64,000 nucleotides of DNA from an uncultured Christensenella sp. (GCA_964579205.1 CAZOFH010000001.1:73386-137385); one strand, 5' to 3'; positions 8,662 to 19,011 are shown, numbered from the stretch's first letter. Program-made: numbers and translations. Notes: generated from the letters alone by a model not told the origin.

Positions 8662-11250
8662 TTAATCTCTCTTTACCTCGACCATTACATATGCCTCAAC
8701 AGTATCCTCCAAAAGAATATCGTTGTGCCCCTCGAGTTTCATACCGCAATCCATACCAGCAGCGACCTCTTTGACATCCTCTTTGTTGCGCTGCAAAGTG
8801 GTAATAGTGGTGTCCACCAGCATTTTGCCGTCGCGGTACAGCCTAATTTTTGCATTTTTGGTAATTTTACCGTCTTTTACGACACAACCAGCAATAGTAC
8901 CAATCCTACTGATTTTGAAGGTACGCACCACTTCGCCGTGACCAATAATCTTTTCCTCAAACACAGGGGTACGCATACCCTTGATAGTAGTAGAAACGAA
9001 ATCAGAAACTTGATAAATAATCTTGCTCATAAAGATTTTTACCTTGTCGTGATCAGCCATAGCACTCGCTTTGGCATCAGACTTTGTATTAAATCCGATG
9101 ATAATCGCGTTTGCATTCTTCGCCATAATTACATCGTTTTCGTTAATCGCTCCGACACCGCCGTGGATACACTCTACTCTCACCTCTTCGTTATTGATAG
9201 AGTTTAGAATAGGCACCAAAGCCTCGAATGAACCTTGGACATCGGTCTTGACGATAAGGTTGAGCACTTTCTTTTCGCTGTCGGCAGATTTAGCCAAAAA
9301 CTCCTCTACAGAAAAGGCGTTTTTGCTGTTGATTTTGTCTTGAGAAATCTTGCGCTTTCTCTCAGCCAATACATCTTTACTAAATTTAGCGTCCACTACA
9401 TACAGCTGGTCACCAGCGTTTGGCACACCATCTAGCCCCAGTACCGAAATCGGCATACTAGGACCCGCCTTGCGAATATTCTTGCCCTTGTCATCAATCA
9501 AAGCGCGCACCTTACCAGTGTGAACGCCCGAAATAATGTAGTCACCCACTTTGAGAGTACCATTCAGCACAATCGCAGTAGCAATAGGACCTTTACCCTT
9601 GTCGAGTTTTGCCTCGATGACCATACCGAGCGCGTGAGTATCAGGGTTAGCCTTTAACTCGCACATATCAGCAACCAACAGCACCATCTCTAATAGTTTG
9701 TCAATATTCTGACCGTTGAGTGCCGAAATCGGTACAAAAATTGTGTCGCCGCCCCACTCTTCTGGTACGACATCCACCTCAGCCAACTGCTGCTTTACGC
9801 GTTCCATATTAAACTCGTCTTTGTCCATTTTGTTGACTGCGACGATCATAGGAATCTTCGCCTGCTTGATATGTTGCACAGCCTCCAAGGTTTGCGGCTT
9901 GACACCGTCATCACCAGCGACTACCAAGATAGCAATATCAGTCACGCTCGCACCACGCGCACGCATCGCGCTAAACGCCTCGTGCCCCGGGGTGTCGATA
10001 AAGGTGATGAGCCTATCCATAGTCTTGATCTGATAAGCGGCAATGTGCTGAGTAATACCACCAGCCTCTTGACTCTGAATGTGAGTCTTGCGGATAAAGT
10101 CGAGCAAACTCGTCTTACCATGGTCGACGTGACCCAATACAGTGACGATAGGAGGACGCGCCTCAGAATTTGCGTCGTTGAGAGCATCAGCGTCTCTACC
10201 GAATTCTTCTGCTAATTGCTCTTCAAAACTCTTTTCTAGTTTTTGCTCTAGCACAACGCCCAACTCACTACAAACCAACTCTGCCGTGGTAAAGTCGATA
10301 GAAGAGTTTACATTAGACATCATTCCCAAAACCATCAGTTGTTTGAGAATCTCAGACACACCTCTACCAGTTTTTTCTGACAACTGCTTTACAGTAATGT
10401 TTTCAGTAGTAATGACTGCGTGGTCGATAGGCGCAGCCACCACAATATTTTCCTCTCTCTTTTTCTTGGTCTTGCGGTTGGACCTAATGCGCTCCTCAAT
10501 ATTAGACTCCTCGAGCATCCCTCTACGCATCATACTGCGCTTTTGGTTGCGCCCAAAGTCGTCAAAGCCCGAACCTTTGTGCTTTGTATCCTTGCGCTTG
10601 TTGTCAAAAGAACGCTTGCTCACATTGTTTTGCAAATCGTTGATATTGACCAAAGGCTCATTGCTCTCTCTACGTCCAGCACCCATAGGCCTAGCGCCGT
10701 CCTTGTTAAAAGGCTTTTTGACGCCGTCGCGCATAGGCTTGTTCGCCACACCATTGCGGTCATTGCGGACAAAACCGCCCTGCCCATCCCTGGCACCATT
10801 GCGAGGAGTAAAAGGCTTTTGCGACTGCTGATATTGCCCCGAATTTCGACGCTGAAACTGCCCCTGACCGTCATTTTGCCTATTCTTATCAAACTGACGC
10901 GTAAAAGTCCTGTTGGCATTTTGCCCAGCCCTGTCAGCATAATTCTGCCTATTGTCATTAGGGCGTTTTTCTCTATTTTGCGCGCTAGGAGTAGCCTCAC
11001 TAGGCGTCTCTGGCTTGGTCACCACAGGCGCAGGAGCGACCTCTTTTTGTACAGGAGGTGTAGCCACACTCGCAGCACTCTCGATATCGCGCATCTTGAT
11101 CCTAACCGAACGATTCATCTGCTCCAAATCGTGGCGCAAATTATCAATCTCTTTGCTCATCTTGACCAAGTGGACATTATTTATCTCTGAAATATTGCGC
11201 ATATTCTCAAAACGCACTTGTTTTTTGGTTTCTTGAGTTTGATTAGACAA
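8662..11250 (-). CDS. infB: translation initiation factor IF-2
   Basis: 862 aa. The G-domain carries GHVDHGKTSLLD, DTPGH and NKMD, and the N-terminus is long and low-complexity. Confidence 0.97.
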   Translation of the reverse strand: MSNQTQETKKQVRFENMRNISEINNVHLVKMSKEIDNLRHDLEQMNRSVRIKMRDIESAASVATPPVQKEVAPAPVVTKPETPSEATPSAQNREKRPNDNRQNYADRAGQNANRTFTRQFDKNRQNDGQGQFQRRNSGQYQQSQKPFTPRNGARDGQGGFVRNDRNGVANKPMRDGVKKPFNKDGARPMGAGRRESNEPLVNINDLQNNVSKRSFDNKRKDTKHKGSGFDDFGRNQKRSMMRRGMLEESNIEERIRSNRKTKKKREENIVVAAPIDHAVITTENITVKQLSEKTGRGVSEILKQLMVLGMMSNVNSSIDFTTAELVCSELGVVLEQKLEKSFEEQLAEEFGRDADALNDANSEARPPIVTVLGHVDHGKTSLLDFIRKTHIQSQEAGGITQHIAAYQIKTMDRLITFIDTPGHEAFSAMRARGASVTDIAILVVAGDDGVKPQTLEAVQHIKQAKIPMIVAVNKMDKDEFNMERVKQQLAEVDVVPEEWGGDTIFVPISALNGQNIDKLLEMVLLVADMCELKANPDTHALGMVIEAKLDKGKGPIATAIVLNGTLKVGDYIISGVHTGKVRALIDDKGKNIRKAGPSMPISVLGLDGVPNAGDQLYVVDAKFSKDVLAERKRKISQDKINSKNAFSVEEFLAKSADSEKKVLNLIVKTDVQGSFEALVPILNSINNEEVRVECIHGGVGAINENDVIMAKNANAIIIGFNTKSDAKASAMADHDKVKIFMSKIIYQVSDFVSTTIKGMRTPVFEEKIIGHGEVVRTFKISRIGTIAGCVVKDGKITKNAKIRLYRDGKMLVDTTITTLQRNKEDVKEVAAGMDCGMKLEGHNDILLEDTVEAYVMVEVKRD

Positions 11251-11254
11251 ATTA

Positions 11255-11548
11255 TTACTCCTTAAAAAATGTTTTGATTTGTGTAGCCAAGTCCTTGTTG
11301 GTAAAGCCTATGACCTTGCAGTTGGTAGTATTCAAAAAAACATTCAAATCTTCATTCAACTTTATTAATTTTGTGTCTTTTTTTGCTATATAGTTATCAA
11401 TTTTTGCTCTCAAATTTTGCGTAGCCTGCGCCTCGCTCATTATGACCAAGTAGACGGGCTTTTTGCTATTATAAATTTCATCTACCCCGTAGAGGACGGC
11501 ACCTGCTTTTTTGGATAGGTTAAGATATTTTAACCATTCATTTTGCAT
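11255..11548 (-). CDS. ylxQ: L7Ae-family RNA-binding protein YlxQ
   Basis: 97 aa; lies between ylxR and infB as in Bacillus. Confidence 0.8.
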   Translation of the reverse strand: MQNEWLKYLNLSKKAGAVLYGVDEIYNSKKPVYLVIMSEAQATQNLRAKIDNYIAKKDTKLIKLNEDLNVFLNTTNCKVIGFTNKDLATQIKTFFKE

Positions 11549-11810
11549 TCACATACGCCTCCAATTCGTCATAAAAACTGTCAGGCACATTCTTTTTGAG
11601 GACTCTGTTTAGCGAGTGTTTCTTTTTCGCTTGCGCAATGACGCTAGGGTCTTTTTTTAGATAACACCCTCTGCCATCCATTTTTTGTGAAGGGTCAATC
11701 TTTAGCGAATCCCCCGCGACGACTAGCCGCACCAAATCTGATTTGGGCAGCATCTCGCGCGACACCACGCACATACGCATCGGAATATGCTTTTCTGCCA
11801 CAACACTCAC
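11538..11810 (-). CDS. ylxR: YlxR/DUF448 RNA-binding protein
   Basis: 90 aa with RMCVVSRE...GRGCYL motifs, downstream of nusA. Confidence 0.85.
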   Translation of the reverse strand: MSVVAEKHIPMRMCVVSREMLPKSDLVRLVVAGDSLKIDPSQKMDGRGCYLKKDPSVIAQAKKKHSLNRVLKKNVPDSFYDELEAYVNAK

Positions 11811-11819
11811 CTCCCTGTG

Positions 11820-12956
11820 CTAAATTTGCTCGATTTCCTCAAATAGGTCTTCATCAAGGTTTTGGTCGATATTAGAATTGACCTGTACTAGTTCTTTGTC
11901 TTTTTCGATTTGCTTTGACTGCGACTCACTAATGACATCAATCTTCCACCCAGTCAGCCTTGCAGCGAGACGAACATTGCTACCCTCTCTGCCGATAGCG
12001 AGGCTCAGTTGTCCATCAGGCACGATGACCTTGCTACTCTTGGTCTCTTGATTAATTTCGACACTGATGACATCTGCGGGGCTCAAAGCATTCGCGATAA
12101 ACTCAAACACATCTTCACTAAATGGAATAACGTCTATTCTCTCGCCATTCAACTCTTCTACAATAGAATTGATCCTGGCACCACGGTTACCCACGCACGC
12201 ACCCACAGCATCTACATTAGCATCAGTAGATGCCACAGCCATCTTGGTCTTGTTGCCAGCCTCACGAGCCAAGCCCTTTACCTCGATGACGCCATTAGCG
12301 AGCTCTGGCACCTCTACCTCAAACAATCTCACCACAAAGTTTGGCAAAGTCCTGCTGACCTGAATGAGTGACCTACCCTCACGCTCGAGTGGGCGCTTGA
12401 TAATTACCTTGATACGGTCGCCGATGTTAATCTTTTCGTTCGGAATAACATCCTTTACACTCAGCAAACCCAAGTGCTCAAAACCACTCAACTCGACGAT
12501 AAAGTCGTCACCGTCCTTGCTACGCACGATACCAGTAGTCAGAGTCTCAGCCTTGCTATTTAGGTCGTCAGAAAAGTGCTGTCTCTCAGCCTCGCGCAAC
12601 TTTTGCATAACCACCTGTCTAGCAGTCTGCGCTGCGATCCTACCGAAACTCTTTGGAGTGACCTCCTCCATAATCATATCGCCCGTTTTGTATATTGACT
12701 TTATCGTGCGAGCCTCCTCGAGAGAAATCTGCTTGTCAGGATCCTCGACCTCGTCGACTACCGTCTTGTAAGCGTAAACCTTGATAGTGCCGCGCTCAGG
12801 GTTTAATTTGACAGTCGCGCTGCGAGCCTCACCAAAGTTCTTTTTGTACGCGCTGGTCAGCGCGCTCTCTAATGCAGAGATAAAATAATCTCTATCAATT
12901 TTCCTCTCAGCCTCCAACTGCTCTAATGCCAAAAAGAAATCTTTATTACTAATCAT
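11820..12956 (-). CDS. nusA: transcription termination/antitermination factor NusA
   Basis: 378 aa from MISNKDFFLALEQLE with a GGAG RBS. S1 and KH domains are present. The ORF-track start at 13058 lies inside the promoter. Confidence 0.95.
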   Translation of the reverse strand: MISNKDFFLALEQLEAERKIDRDYFISALESALTSAYKKNFGEARSATVKLNPERGTIKVYAYKTVVDEVEDPDKQISLEEARTIKSIYKTGDMIMEEVTPKSFGRIAAQTARQVVMQKLREAERQHFSDDLNSKAETLTTGIVRSKDGDDFIVELSGFEHLGLLSVKDVIPNEKINIGDRIKVIIKRPLEREGRSLIQVSRTLPNFVVRLFEVEVPELANGVIEVKGLAREAGNKTKMAVASTDANVDAVGACVGNRGARINSIVEELNGERIDVIPFSEDVFEFIANALSPADVISVEINQETKSSKVIVPDGQLSLAIGREGSNVRLAARLTGWKIDVISESQSKQIEKDKELVQVNSNIDQNLDEDLFEEIEQI

Positions 12957-12969
12957 ATTATAGCAACTC

Positions 12970-13019
12970 CTTGTAAAAAACACATAATTAAAAGTTATGA
13001 GTGGGCGGTCCCCACTCAT
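12970..13019 (-). promoter_or_regulatory. nusA leader hairpin plus T-rich tract (candidate attenuator)
   Basis: ATGAGTGGG-GACCG-CCCACTCAT (9 bp) followed by AACTTTTAATTATGTGTTTTTT, lying between the promoter and the nusA RBS. Confidence 0.5.
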
Positions 13020-13029
13020 AGTTGTCTCT

Positions 13030-13058
13030 ATTATATCACATAACAAATAAAATATCAA
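13030..13058 (-). promoter_or_regulatory. sigma-A type promoter of the nusA-infB operon
   Basis: TTGATA, 17 nt, TGA-TATAAT (extended -10). Confidence 0.65.
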
Positions 13059-13086
13059 GGCATTAGAGGTATTTTTTTGACTTTTT

Positions 13087-14643
13087 TTAAATTAATTTCA
13101 CAAATACTTTTGCAGTGGCATACGCATCAGCCAACGCGCGGTGAGCATTATTGAGAGTGATATCGAGCGCTTTTACCACAGTACCTAGTTTGTAATTACT
13201 GAGGCTAGGCACTTTATCTCGCACCAGCCGCAAGGTATCTATCTGCTCGTGGTCAAACAATAGCCGCAAATTCTCCCCATTAAATTTGATGAAACTATAG
13301 TCAAAATCTATATTATATGCGCTCAACACGCAGCCATTCACGAACTTAAAAAAGTCGGGCAAAGCCTGCTCTATCGTCGGCGCATCCTCTACCATCGAGT
13401 CGTCGATGTGGGTCAGTTTTGTGATTTCGTCAGGGATTTTGGTCCCCGGATTAATCAGAGTCTGAAAAGTCTCCACCAGCGACCCCTTGGTCACTTTTAC
13501 CGCACCAATCTCGATGATTTTGCAACTTTTGGCATCAAAACCAGTAGTTTCTAGGTCAAATACGACCACCGAATCGTGCGTATCCCAAAACTCAGGGCGT
13601 TTACCTCCCACCGAAAACAAATTCATTTGCTGCGTTTCAAAAACGGGCTGAGGCTTGACATAATAATAGTCGTCATTGACTTTTCGATACACGCGTTTGA
13701 GTTCTTTGGTCAAAATTTCGCATCTCGAGATACTACTAGCACGCAGACTCTTTTTGCCATTAAAGTCATTGAGTAACCCTCCGACAGCGACCACCATTCC
13801 CTCCTCGAGGAGGTTAAGCGCGCGCATTTCTTTATCTTTTGGGAAAATGACCACGTTTATCATACCACTAGGATCGGTGAGCATAAAGGATAATTTCTTG
13901 CGCTCCATAGGCTCGCCCTCGAGTTTTACCTTGGATGTAAAGGTGCTCATCTGCACCTGAGTCACCACACCCGCCACCATTACCTCGTTGCCATTTTCTG
14001 CGTCAATATCAGCGATAAAACCGACTTTATTCGGCATATACCTGCCAAAAAAGCACTCGCCTAACTCTATATCCATATGGTTGATTTGACTTTCCTTGTT
14101 GAGAGCGTCGCTGAGCCCTGTATCCACGCGCGGCATTTCATTGAGAAAGTCCTGCAGGCTCGTAGACTCTTTGTCCACGCGCAACTCCACCTCGATATCA
14201 AAGAAAAACTTTTTTGCCAAATAATCCTTTAGATCGGTATCAAAACGCTTGTTGAGAAAGACTTGCTTCCTCAGTTCGTCACAAGAAAAAATTATGCTCA
14301 CCTTGCCAGACTCGTCTAATTTTTGAATAGTGATATCTTCGCGCTTGAATTCGCTCCGCAATACCTTGTAATGCTTGTCAATGTATTCCTCGATACGCTC
14401 CAAAATAACCTCTTGGTCATAGCAACTCTTGTTGAATTTTACTGTAGTTTTGCACAGGTCGCCAAATTCCGCGAGAATTGCATCGAGCAGAGTCTGCTTT
14501 GCCTCAGCCGAAATAGGCACATCCTCTGGGTATAGCAAGAAAAGCGTCAATTCATCATTTTTTGAATGAAAAACAGCCTCGTCGAGCTTGATTTTTTTCT
14601 CATCAAACCCCAAATTTTTTATCTTTTGTAAGACATTCATCAT
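13087..14643 (-). CDS. PolC-derived protein: PolC N-terminal region, OB fold and DEDDh 3'-5' exonuclease, with no PHP or polymerase domains
   Basis: 518 aa. The OB segment LSFMLTDPSGMINVVIF..GMVVAVGG resembles the PolC OB domain. Exo motifs are VVFDLETTG, AYNIDFDYSF and HRALADAYATAKVF. The ORF ends right after Exo III. Confidence 0.8.
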   Translation of the reverse strand: MMNVLQKIKNLGFDEKKIKLDEAVFHSKNDELTLFLLYPEDVPISAEAKQTLLDAILAEFGDLCKTTVKFNKSCYDQEVILERIEEYIDKHYKVLRSEFKREDITIQKLDESGKVSIIFSCDELRKQVFLNKRFDTDLKDYLAKKFFFDIEVELRVDKESTSLQDFLNEMPRVDTGLSDALNKESQINHMDIELGECFFGRYMPNKVGFIADIDAENGNEVMVAGVVTQVQMSTFTSKVKLEGEPMERKKLSFMLTDPSGMINVVIFPKDKEMRALNLLEEGMVVAVGGLLNDFNGKKSLRASSISRCEILTKELKRVYRKVNDDYYYVKPQPVFETQQMNLFSVGGKRPEFWDTHDSVVVFDLETTGFDAKSCKIIEIGAVKVTKGSLVETFQTLINPGTKIPDEITKLTHIDDSMVEDAPTIEQALPDFFKFVNGCVLSAYNIDFDYSFIKFNGENLRLLFDHEQIDTLRLVRDKVPSLSNYKLGTVVKALDITLNNAHRALADAYATAKVFVKLI

Positions 14644-14651
14644 CTAACCTC

Positions 14652-15788
14652 TCAAAAAATCAAATTATACACATCGACGAATATTACCAGCACAAAGAGC
14701 ACCACCATTCCCCAAAAGTGAATTTGCCCCTCGACCTTTCGATTGACTGGCTTGCCGCGTATCCACTCGATTGTGGTAAACACCATTCGCGAACCATCTA
14801 ATGCAGGAATCGGCAGCAGATTGAATATTGCCAAATTCGCCGCTATAAACGGCAAGAACACGAATAGGTTGGCGATATTTTGCTGTGAATAGTCTGCGAT
14901 AGTAGAAATGGTCGTCAAAGGTCCACCGATATCACTGAGTCCGATTCCTCCTGTAAACAGTTGCCCCAAGAATACCAGCACTTGCCATGCAAACCCCGCA
15001 GCCAGCGGCACCGACCTAGCGATAGCCTCGCCAAAGGTATGCTGATATGGCACCGTGCCGAATCCCACCGCTATCGACGTACTCGTTTCACCGCTATCAC
15101 TAGTCACTTCGCTAATGTAAAAATTGACCATTACCTCAGACACAACCCCGTCACGCTCGATAGTTAGCGGGAGATTGGTGTATTTTGTGTAGTCCTTCCC
15201 CTCGATATTCGCAGCCTCACCCAGCGCCTTTTCTTCCGCAGTCATATCGGTATAAAAGGAATTGAGCAACTTGTTGGCAGTGTTGCCTGTGACAAAATCC
15301 ACTCTTGTGTCGTCGATTTCGCGGATTATGTCATTGGTCTGGAGCACCCCTGCCTCTTGAAAATTGGGGTTGACTTCGCTAACTTTTGGCACGTCGTATC
15401 CAAAAGCGAGCAGCAGGATAAATGCAAAGATAATAGCGGACAAAAAGTTAAACAGCACACCACCGAATTGCACAATCAGCCGCTTCCACGGCGCCTTATT
15501 GTTAAAAGCGTTTGGGTCGGTTTCGTCCTCATCCTCACCAGCGAAAGCACAATAACCGCCGAGAGGGATTATTCTGATACTAAAATCCTCACCGGACTTG
15601 AGTTTTTTCTTGAAAATCGCCTTACCAAAACCGATAGAAAACTCATTTATCTTGAACTTGAATATTTTACCGAATGTGTAATGCCCCGCCTCGTGAATGG
15701 TTATCATCACGAGCAGCACGACAAGCGCCAAAACGATATAGCCAATCGTAGTCATTACACTAGCAAAACTAGCCAACAATGCTATCAC
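14652..15788 (-). CDS. rseP: RIP zinc metalloprotease RseP/RasP (M50)
   Basis: HEAGHY motif, PDZ-like middle region and a C-terminal NLLPIPALDG motif. GTG start 5 nt after GGGAGG. Confidence 0.9.
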   Translation of the reverse strand: MIALLASFASVMTTIGYIVLALVVLLVMITIHEAGHYTFGKIFKFKINEFSIGFGKAIFKKKLKSGEDFSIRIIPLGGYCAFAGEDEDETDPNAFNNKAPWKRLIVQFGGVLFNFLSAIIFAFILLLAFGYDVPKVSEVNPNFQEAGVLQTNDIIREIDDTRVDFVTGNTANKLLNSFYTDMTAEEKALGEAANIEGKDYTKYTNLPLTIERDGVVSEVMVNFYISEVTSDSGETSTSIAVGFGTVPYQHTFGEAIARSVPLAAGFAWQVLVFLGQLFTGGIGLSDIGGPLTTISTIADYSQQNIANLFVFLPFIAANLAIFNLLPIPALDGSRMVFTTIEWIRGKPVNRKVEGQIHFWGMVVLFVLVIFVDVYNLIF

Positions 15789-15846
15789 GAATACCTCCCT
15801 ACAAAAAGTAGTGCGGGTTTTGAGCCCGCACATAAATTTATTCAGA

Positions 15847-16854
15847 TTAACCGAACAATATGATAAAGAATACGAATACGAATACCGAATTCATTAGCAA
15901 GCCATTGCATCTGTCCATTATCCCACCGTGCCCGGGGATGAGTTGACTAAAATCTTTGATAACCGCACGGCGCTTGAAGAATGAACTAAAGATATCGCCT
16001 GCCATATTGAATATTCCGCAGAATAGGCCGCCGAGCAAGAATGTGCCCGCATTGTAGTTTAGCGAATTAAACAACACATTGTATCCGTGGAATGCATTGA
16101 AAATAAAGTAGACAATCATACCCATTAGGCACGCGCCGACGATCCCTCCTACTAGGCCTGTCCAAGATTTGCCGGGACCGAGTTTGCTGAGGCTTATCTT
16201 TGGTCCACCGATAAATCTGCCAGAAAGCATAGCGCAAGTGTCTGCAGTCATAGTGGTCGCAAACAAGAACACAAGCGCAAACAATCCAAAGTCTACCCCC
16301 ATTTCTGGAGTACAGAACGCCGCAATATAACTAGAATCGCTCAACGCATTGTAGTGGTTGAGAATGAATGCAAAACTAAAGAACAGCGTCGGCCACAAGC
16401 ACACAAAGAGAGTGTTTATCATTCTGCTGAATGAGTAGTACAGTAGCGAACCTTCAAAACCATCTCTTTCTTTTGCTTTTTTGCCTAATTTTACAAAAAT
16501 CAGCGGGTATGCGAATAGCACAACTCCCAGAGCGACCATCGCCAAAATAACTATTAGCAACGCAATCCCTGCATTAAAACCTGCATTCGCAGCAACAATG
16601 ATGCCCGCAAAGCACAATATCGGATAAAGTGCTACCGCCACGGTATGTGTCGGTCTATTCATTTTGTGCAAGACATTTTCGACCTCGAGAGCCGATATAA
16701 TAATCAACGCAGCCAAAAACACATCAAACACGTATTCACTCAACAGCCTCAGGGCGAAAAACCCGACTAGCACGACCAAAATAATTCCGCCCCAAATAAT
16801 CCTAGGTAAAAAATTCGCTGGAGTGTTGGTAACTTTTACGTCTTTATTTTCCAT
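15847..16854 (-). CDS. cdsA: phosphatidate cytidylyltransferase
   Basis: 335-aa polytopic protein with the C-terminal SFFKR..KDFS..IPGHGGIMDR signature. Confidence 0.9.
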   Translation of the reverse strand: MENKDVKVTNTPANFLPRIIWGGIILVVLVGFFALRLLSEYVFDVFLAALIIISALEVENVLHKMNRPTHTVAVALYPILCFAGIIVAANAGFNAGIALLIVILAMVALGVVLFAYPLIFVKLGKKAKERDGFEGSLLYYSFSRMINTLFVCLWPTLFFSFAFILNHYNALSDSSYIAAFCTPEMGVDFGLFALVFLFATTMTADTCAMLSGRFIGGPKISLSKLGPGKSWTGLVGGIVGACLMGMIVYFIFNAFHGYNVLFNSLNYNAGTFLLGGLFCGIFNMAGDIFSSFFKRRAVIKDFSQLIPGHGGIMDRCNGLLMNSVFVFVFFIILFG

Positions 16855-16870
16855 AATTTTCTCCTATTGT

Positions 16871-17593
16871 TTACACAGCGCCGAAACGCCTTTTTCTATT
16901 CTGAAAATTGATGAGGGCTTTTTGCAACTCCTTTGGCGTAAACGATGGCCAAAAAGTCTTTGTAAAATATAACTCACTATAACTCAACTGCCACAGCATA
17001 AAATTACTCAGGCGCATCTCACCACTTGTGCGGATGACAAAATCCACATCAGGCAGCCCAGCCGTATACAAAAACTGCTCTAGGTCATCAGGACTAGTCA
17101 ACTCCACTCCAGCCTCGTTTGCCAAGCGAACTGCGCGCAAAAGTTCATCCCGAGCGCCGTAGTTTACTGCCAAATTCAAGGTAAAGCGCGTGCCGTCCTT
17201 AGTCTTTTCGATTAGGTCGTCAAAAGCCTCTACGATATCGCTAGGCAATTTTTTATAATCGCCAGAAACGACTACTTTTGCCCCTCTTTGCACAAACTCC
17301 TGCCCGTCCTCCTCGATATAATCACGGACCACGTCAAAAATCCCGTCAATTTCTTCTTTCGGACGGCGCCAATTCTCTGTCGAAAACACAAAAAACGTAG
17401 CACACTTGATACCCAAATCATAAATATGCTCCACAATTTTTTTGAGATTTTCGCAACCAGCCTTATGCCCAAAATTTCGTGGCAACCCTCTACGAGTAGC
17501 CCAACGCCCGTTACCGTCCATAATTATTGCAATATGCTGGGGCAAACGCGTCAAATCCAAGTGCTTGTTAATTTTGATTTTTTTAGCCTGCAT
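16871..17593 (-). CDS. uppS: isoprenyl transferase (undecaprenyl-diphosphate synthase)
   Basis: HIAIIMDGNGRWA and FSTENW..P motifs. Confidence 0.95.
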   Translation of the reverse strand: MQAKKIKINKHLDLTRLPQHIAIIMDGNGRWATRRGLPRNFGHKAGCENLKKIVEHIYDLGIKCATFFVFSTENWRRPKEEIDGIFDVVRDYIEEDGQEFVQRGAKVVVSGDYKKLPSDIVEAFDDLIEKTKDGTRFTLNLAVNYGARDELLRAVRLANEAGVELTSPDDLEQFLYTAGLPDVDFVIRTSGEMRLSNFMLWQLSYSELYFTKTFWPSFTPKELQKALINFQNRKRRFGAV

Positions 17594-17678
17594 TTTTACC
17601 CCTTTTATCTATTATTACACATATTCACAAAAATAAACTCAAATTTATATATGCAACGCACGCACGCGAATTGCATTA

Positions 17679-18248
17679 TCAAACTTCTGTAATCTCTTTT
17701 TCCTTGCCTTTGAGCGCGACCTCGACCTTATCAATGAACTTGTTGAGAATTTTCTGCACCTCATTCTCCGCAGTCTTTAGGTCGTCCTCGGTAATCTTGG
17801 CATCTTTCTTTAGTTTTTTGAATTCATCCAGACAATCCCTGCGACCGTTACGCATATTTACGCGCGTATCTTCGGCAAATTTTTTGATCATCTTGACCAA
17901 CTCTAGTCTACGCTCTTCGGTAGGTGCTGGGACGAATAGCCTAATAACTTTCCCATCGTCGCTAGGGTTGAGCCCCAGATCGCTAGACTGGATCGCCTTG
18001 AGCGCTTCTTTGAGCATACTGATATCCCATAGAGACACCGCGATAGTGCGAGGGTCAGGCGCGCTAATATTCGCCATTTGGTTGAGCGGGGTCATAGTAC
18101 CGTAGTAGTCAACCATAATTTTGTCCAAAAGTCTAGGATTTGCCCTACCAGCCCTCACTGAATTCAATTCCGAATTAAAGTGGTCCAAATTTTTTTGCAG
18201 ACTTGTACTCAAAGCGTCATACAAGTTAGAATCATATTCACTTAACAT
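17679..18248 (-). CDS. frr: ribosome recycling factor
   Basis: 189 aa with VRAGRANP..L and typical Frr length and context. Confidence 0.95.
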   Translation of the reverse strand: MLSEYDSNLYDALSTSLQKNLDHFNSELNSVRAGRANPRLLDKIMVDYYGTMTPLNQMANISAPDPRTIAVSLWDISMLKEALKAIQSSDLGLNPSDDGKVIRLFVPAPTEERRLELVKMIKKFAEDTRVNMRNGRRDCLDEFKKLKKDAKITEDDLKTAENEVQKILNKFIDKVEVALKGKEKEITEV

Positions 18249-18316
18249 TTTTCACTCCTAAATATTAGTATATACATATTTTACTAGTAATTTGCATTTT
18301 TGGCAAATGTTTTTTA

Positions 18317-18350
18317 CAAAAAAAATAGAAGACTATCAAAAGTCCTCTAT
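18317..18350 (-). terminator. intrinsic terminator after tsf
   Basis: ATAGAGGAC/GTCTTCTAT 9-bp stem (one G:U pair) followed by T8 on the minus strand. Confidence 0.75.
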
Positions 18351-18360
18351 TTTTTGTCAA

Positions 18361-19011
18361 TTATTGACCTGCCGCCTGTTTAGCGACCTCTTCTGCAAAG
18401 TTGTCTACTCTTTTTTCCAGACCCTCGCCCATCTCATAACGAACGAAACGACGAACTGTAATCTTTTCACCGATTGACAAGATTGACTCGTTAATCAAGT
18501 CTTGAATACTCTTTGAAGAATCTCTAAAGTACTCTTGGTCAAGCAAGCAAACTTCTTTGTAGAACTTTTGAATACGACCGTCTACAATCTTTTGTGCGAC
18601 TTGCTCAGGCTTGCCTTCGTTGATGGCTTGAGCAAGGTAAACCTTGCGCTCGTTGTCGAGAGCCTCTTGGTCTACATCCTTCGCACTCACATATAGTGGC
18701 TTGTACGCTGCAATCTGCATAGCGATGTTATGCGCCAACTCTTTGAATGGCTCACCCTTGGCTACAAAGTCAGTCTCACAGTTCAATTCAACCATAACAC
18801 CGATCTTACCACCCATATGAATGTAGCATTCCACGATACCTTCTGACGCAATCCTGCCCTCTTTTTTGGCAGCCGCAGCCATACCCTTCTCTCTCAACCA
18901 CTGAGCAGCCTTATCCATATCGCCGCCGTTTGCCTCCAAGGCATTCTTGCAATCCATCATACCCGCCTGGGTACGAGCGCGCAAAGTCTTTATGTCGTCA
19001 GTTAAACTCAT
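18361..19011 (-). CDS. tsf: elongation factor Ts (short form)
   Basis: 216 aa with [19 protein letters not shown]-like N-terminus; downstream of rpsB. Confidence 0.95.
   Translation of the reverse strand: MSLTDDIKTLRARTQAGMMDCKNALEANGGDMDKAAQWLREKGMAAAAKKEGRIASEGIVECYIHMGGKIGVMVELNCETDFVAKGEPFKELAHNIAMQIAAYKPLYVSAKDVDQEALDNERKVYLAQAINEGKPEQVAQKIVDGRIQKFYKEVCLLDQEYFRDSSKSIQDLINESILSIGEKITVRRFVRYEMGEGLEKRVDNFAEEVAKQAAGQ

Noticed and set aside
12957-13058. N-terminal extension of the nusA ORF (ORF-track start at 13058)
   Set aside because: The extension covers the promoter and leader hairpin and has no NusA homology. The MISNKDFF start has a proper RBS.
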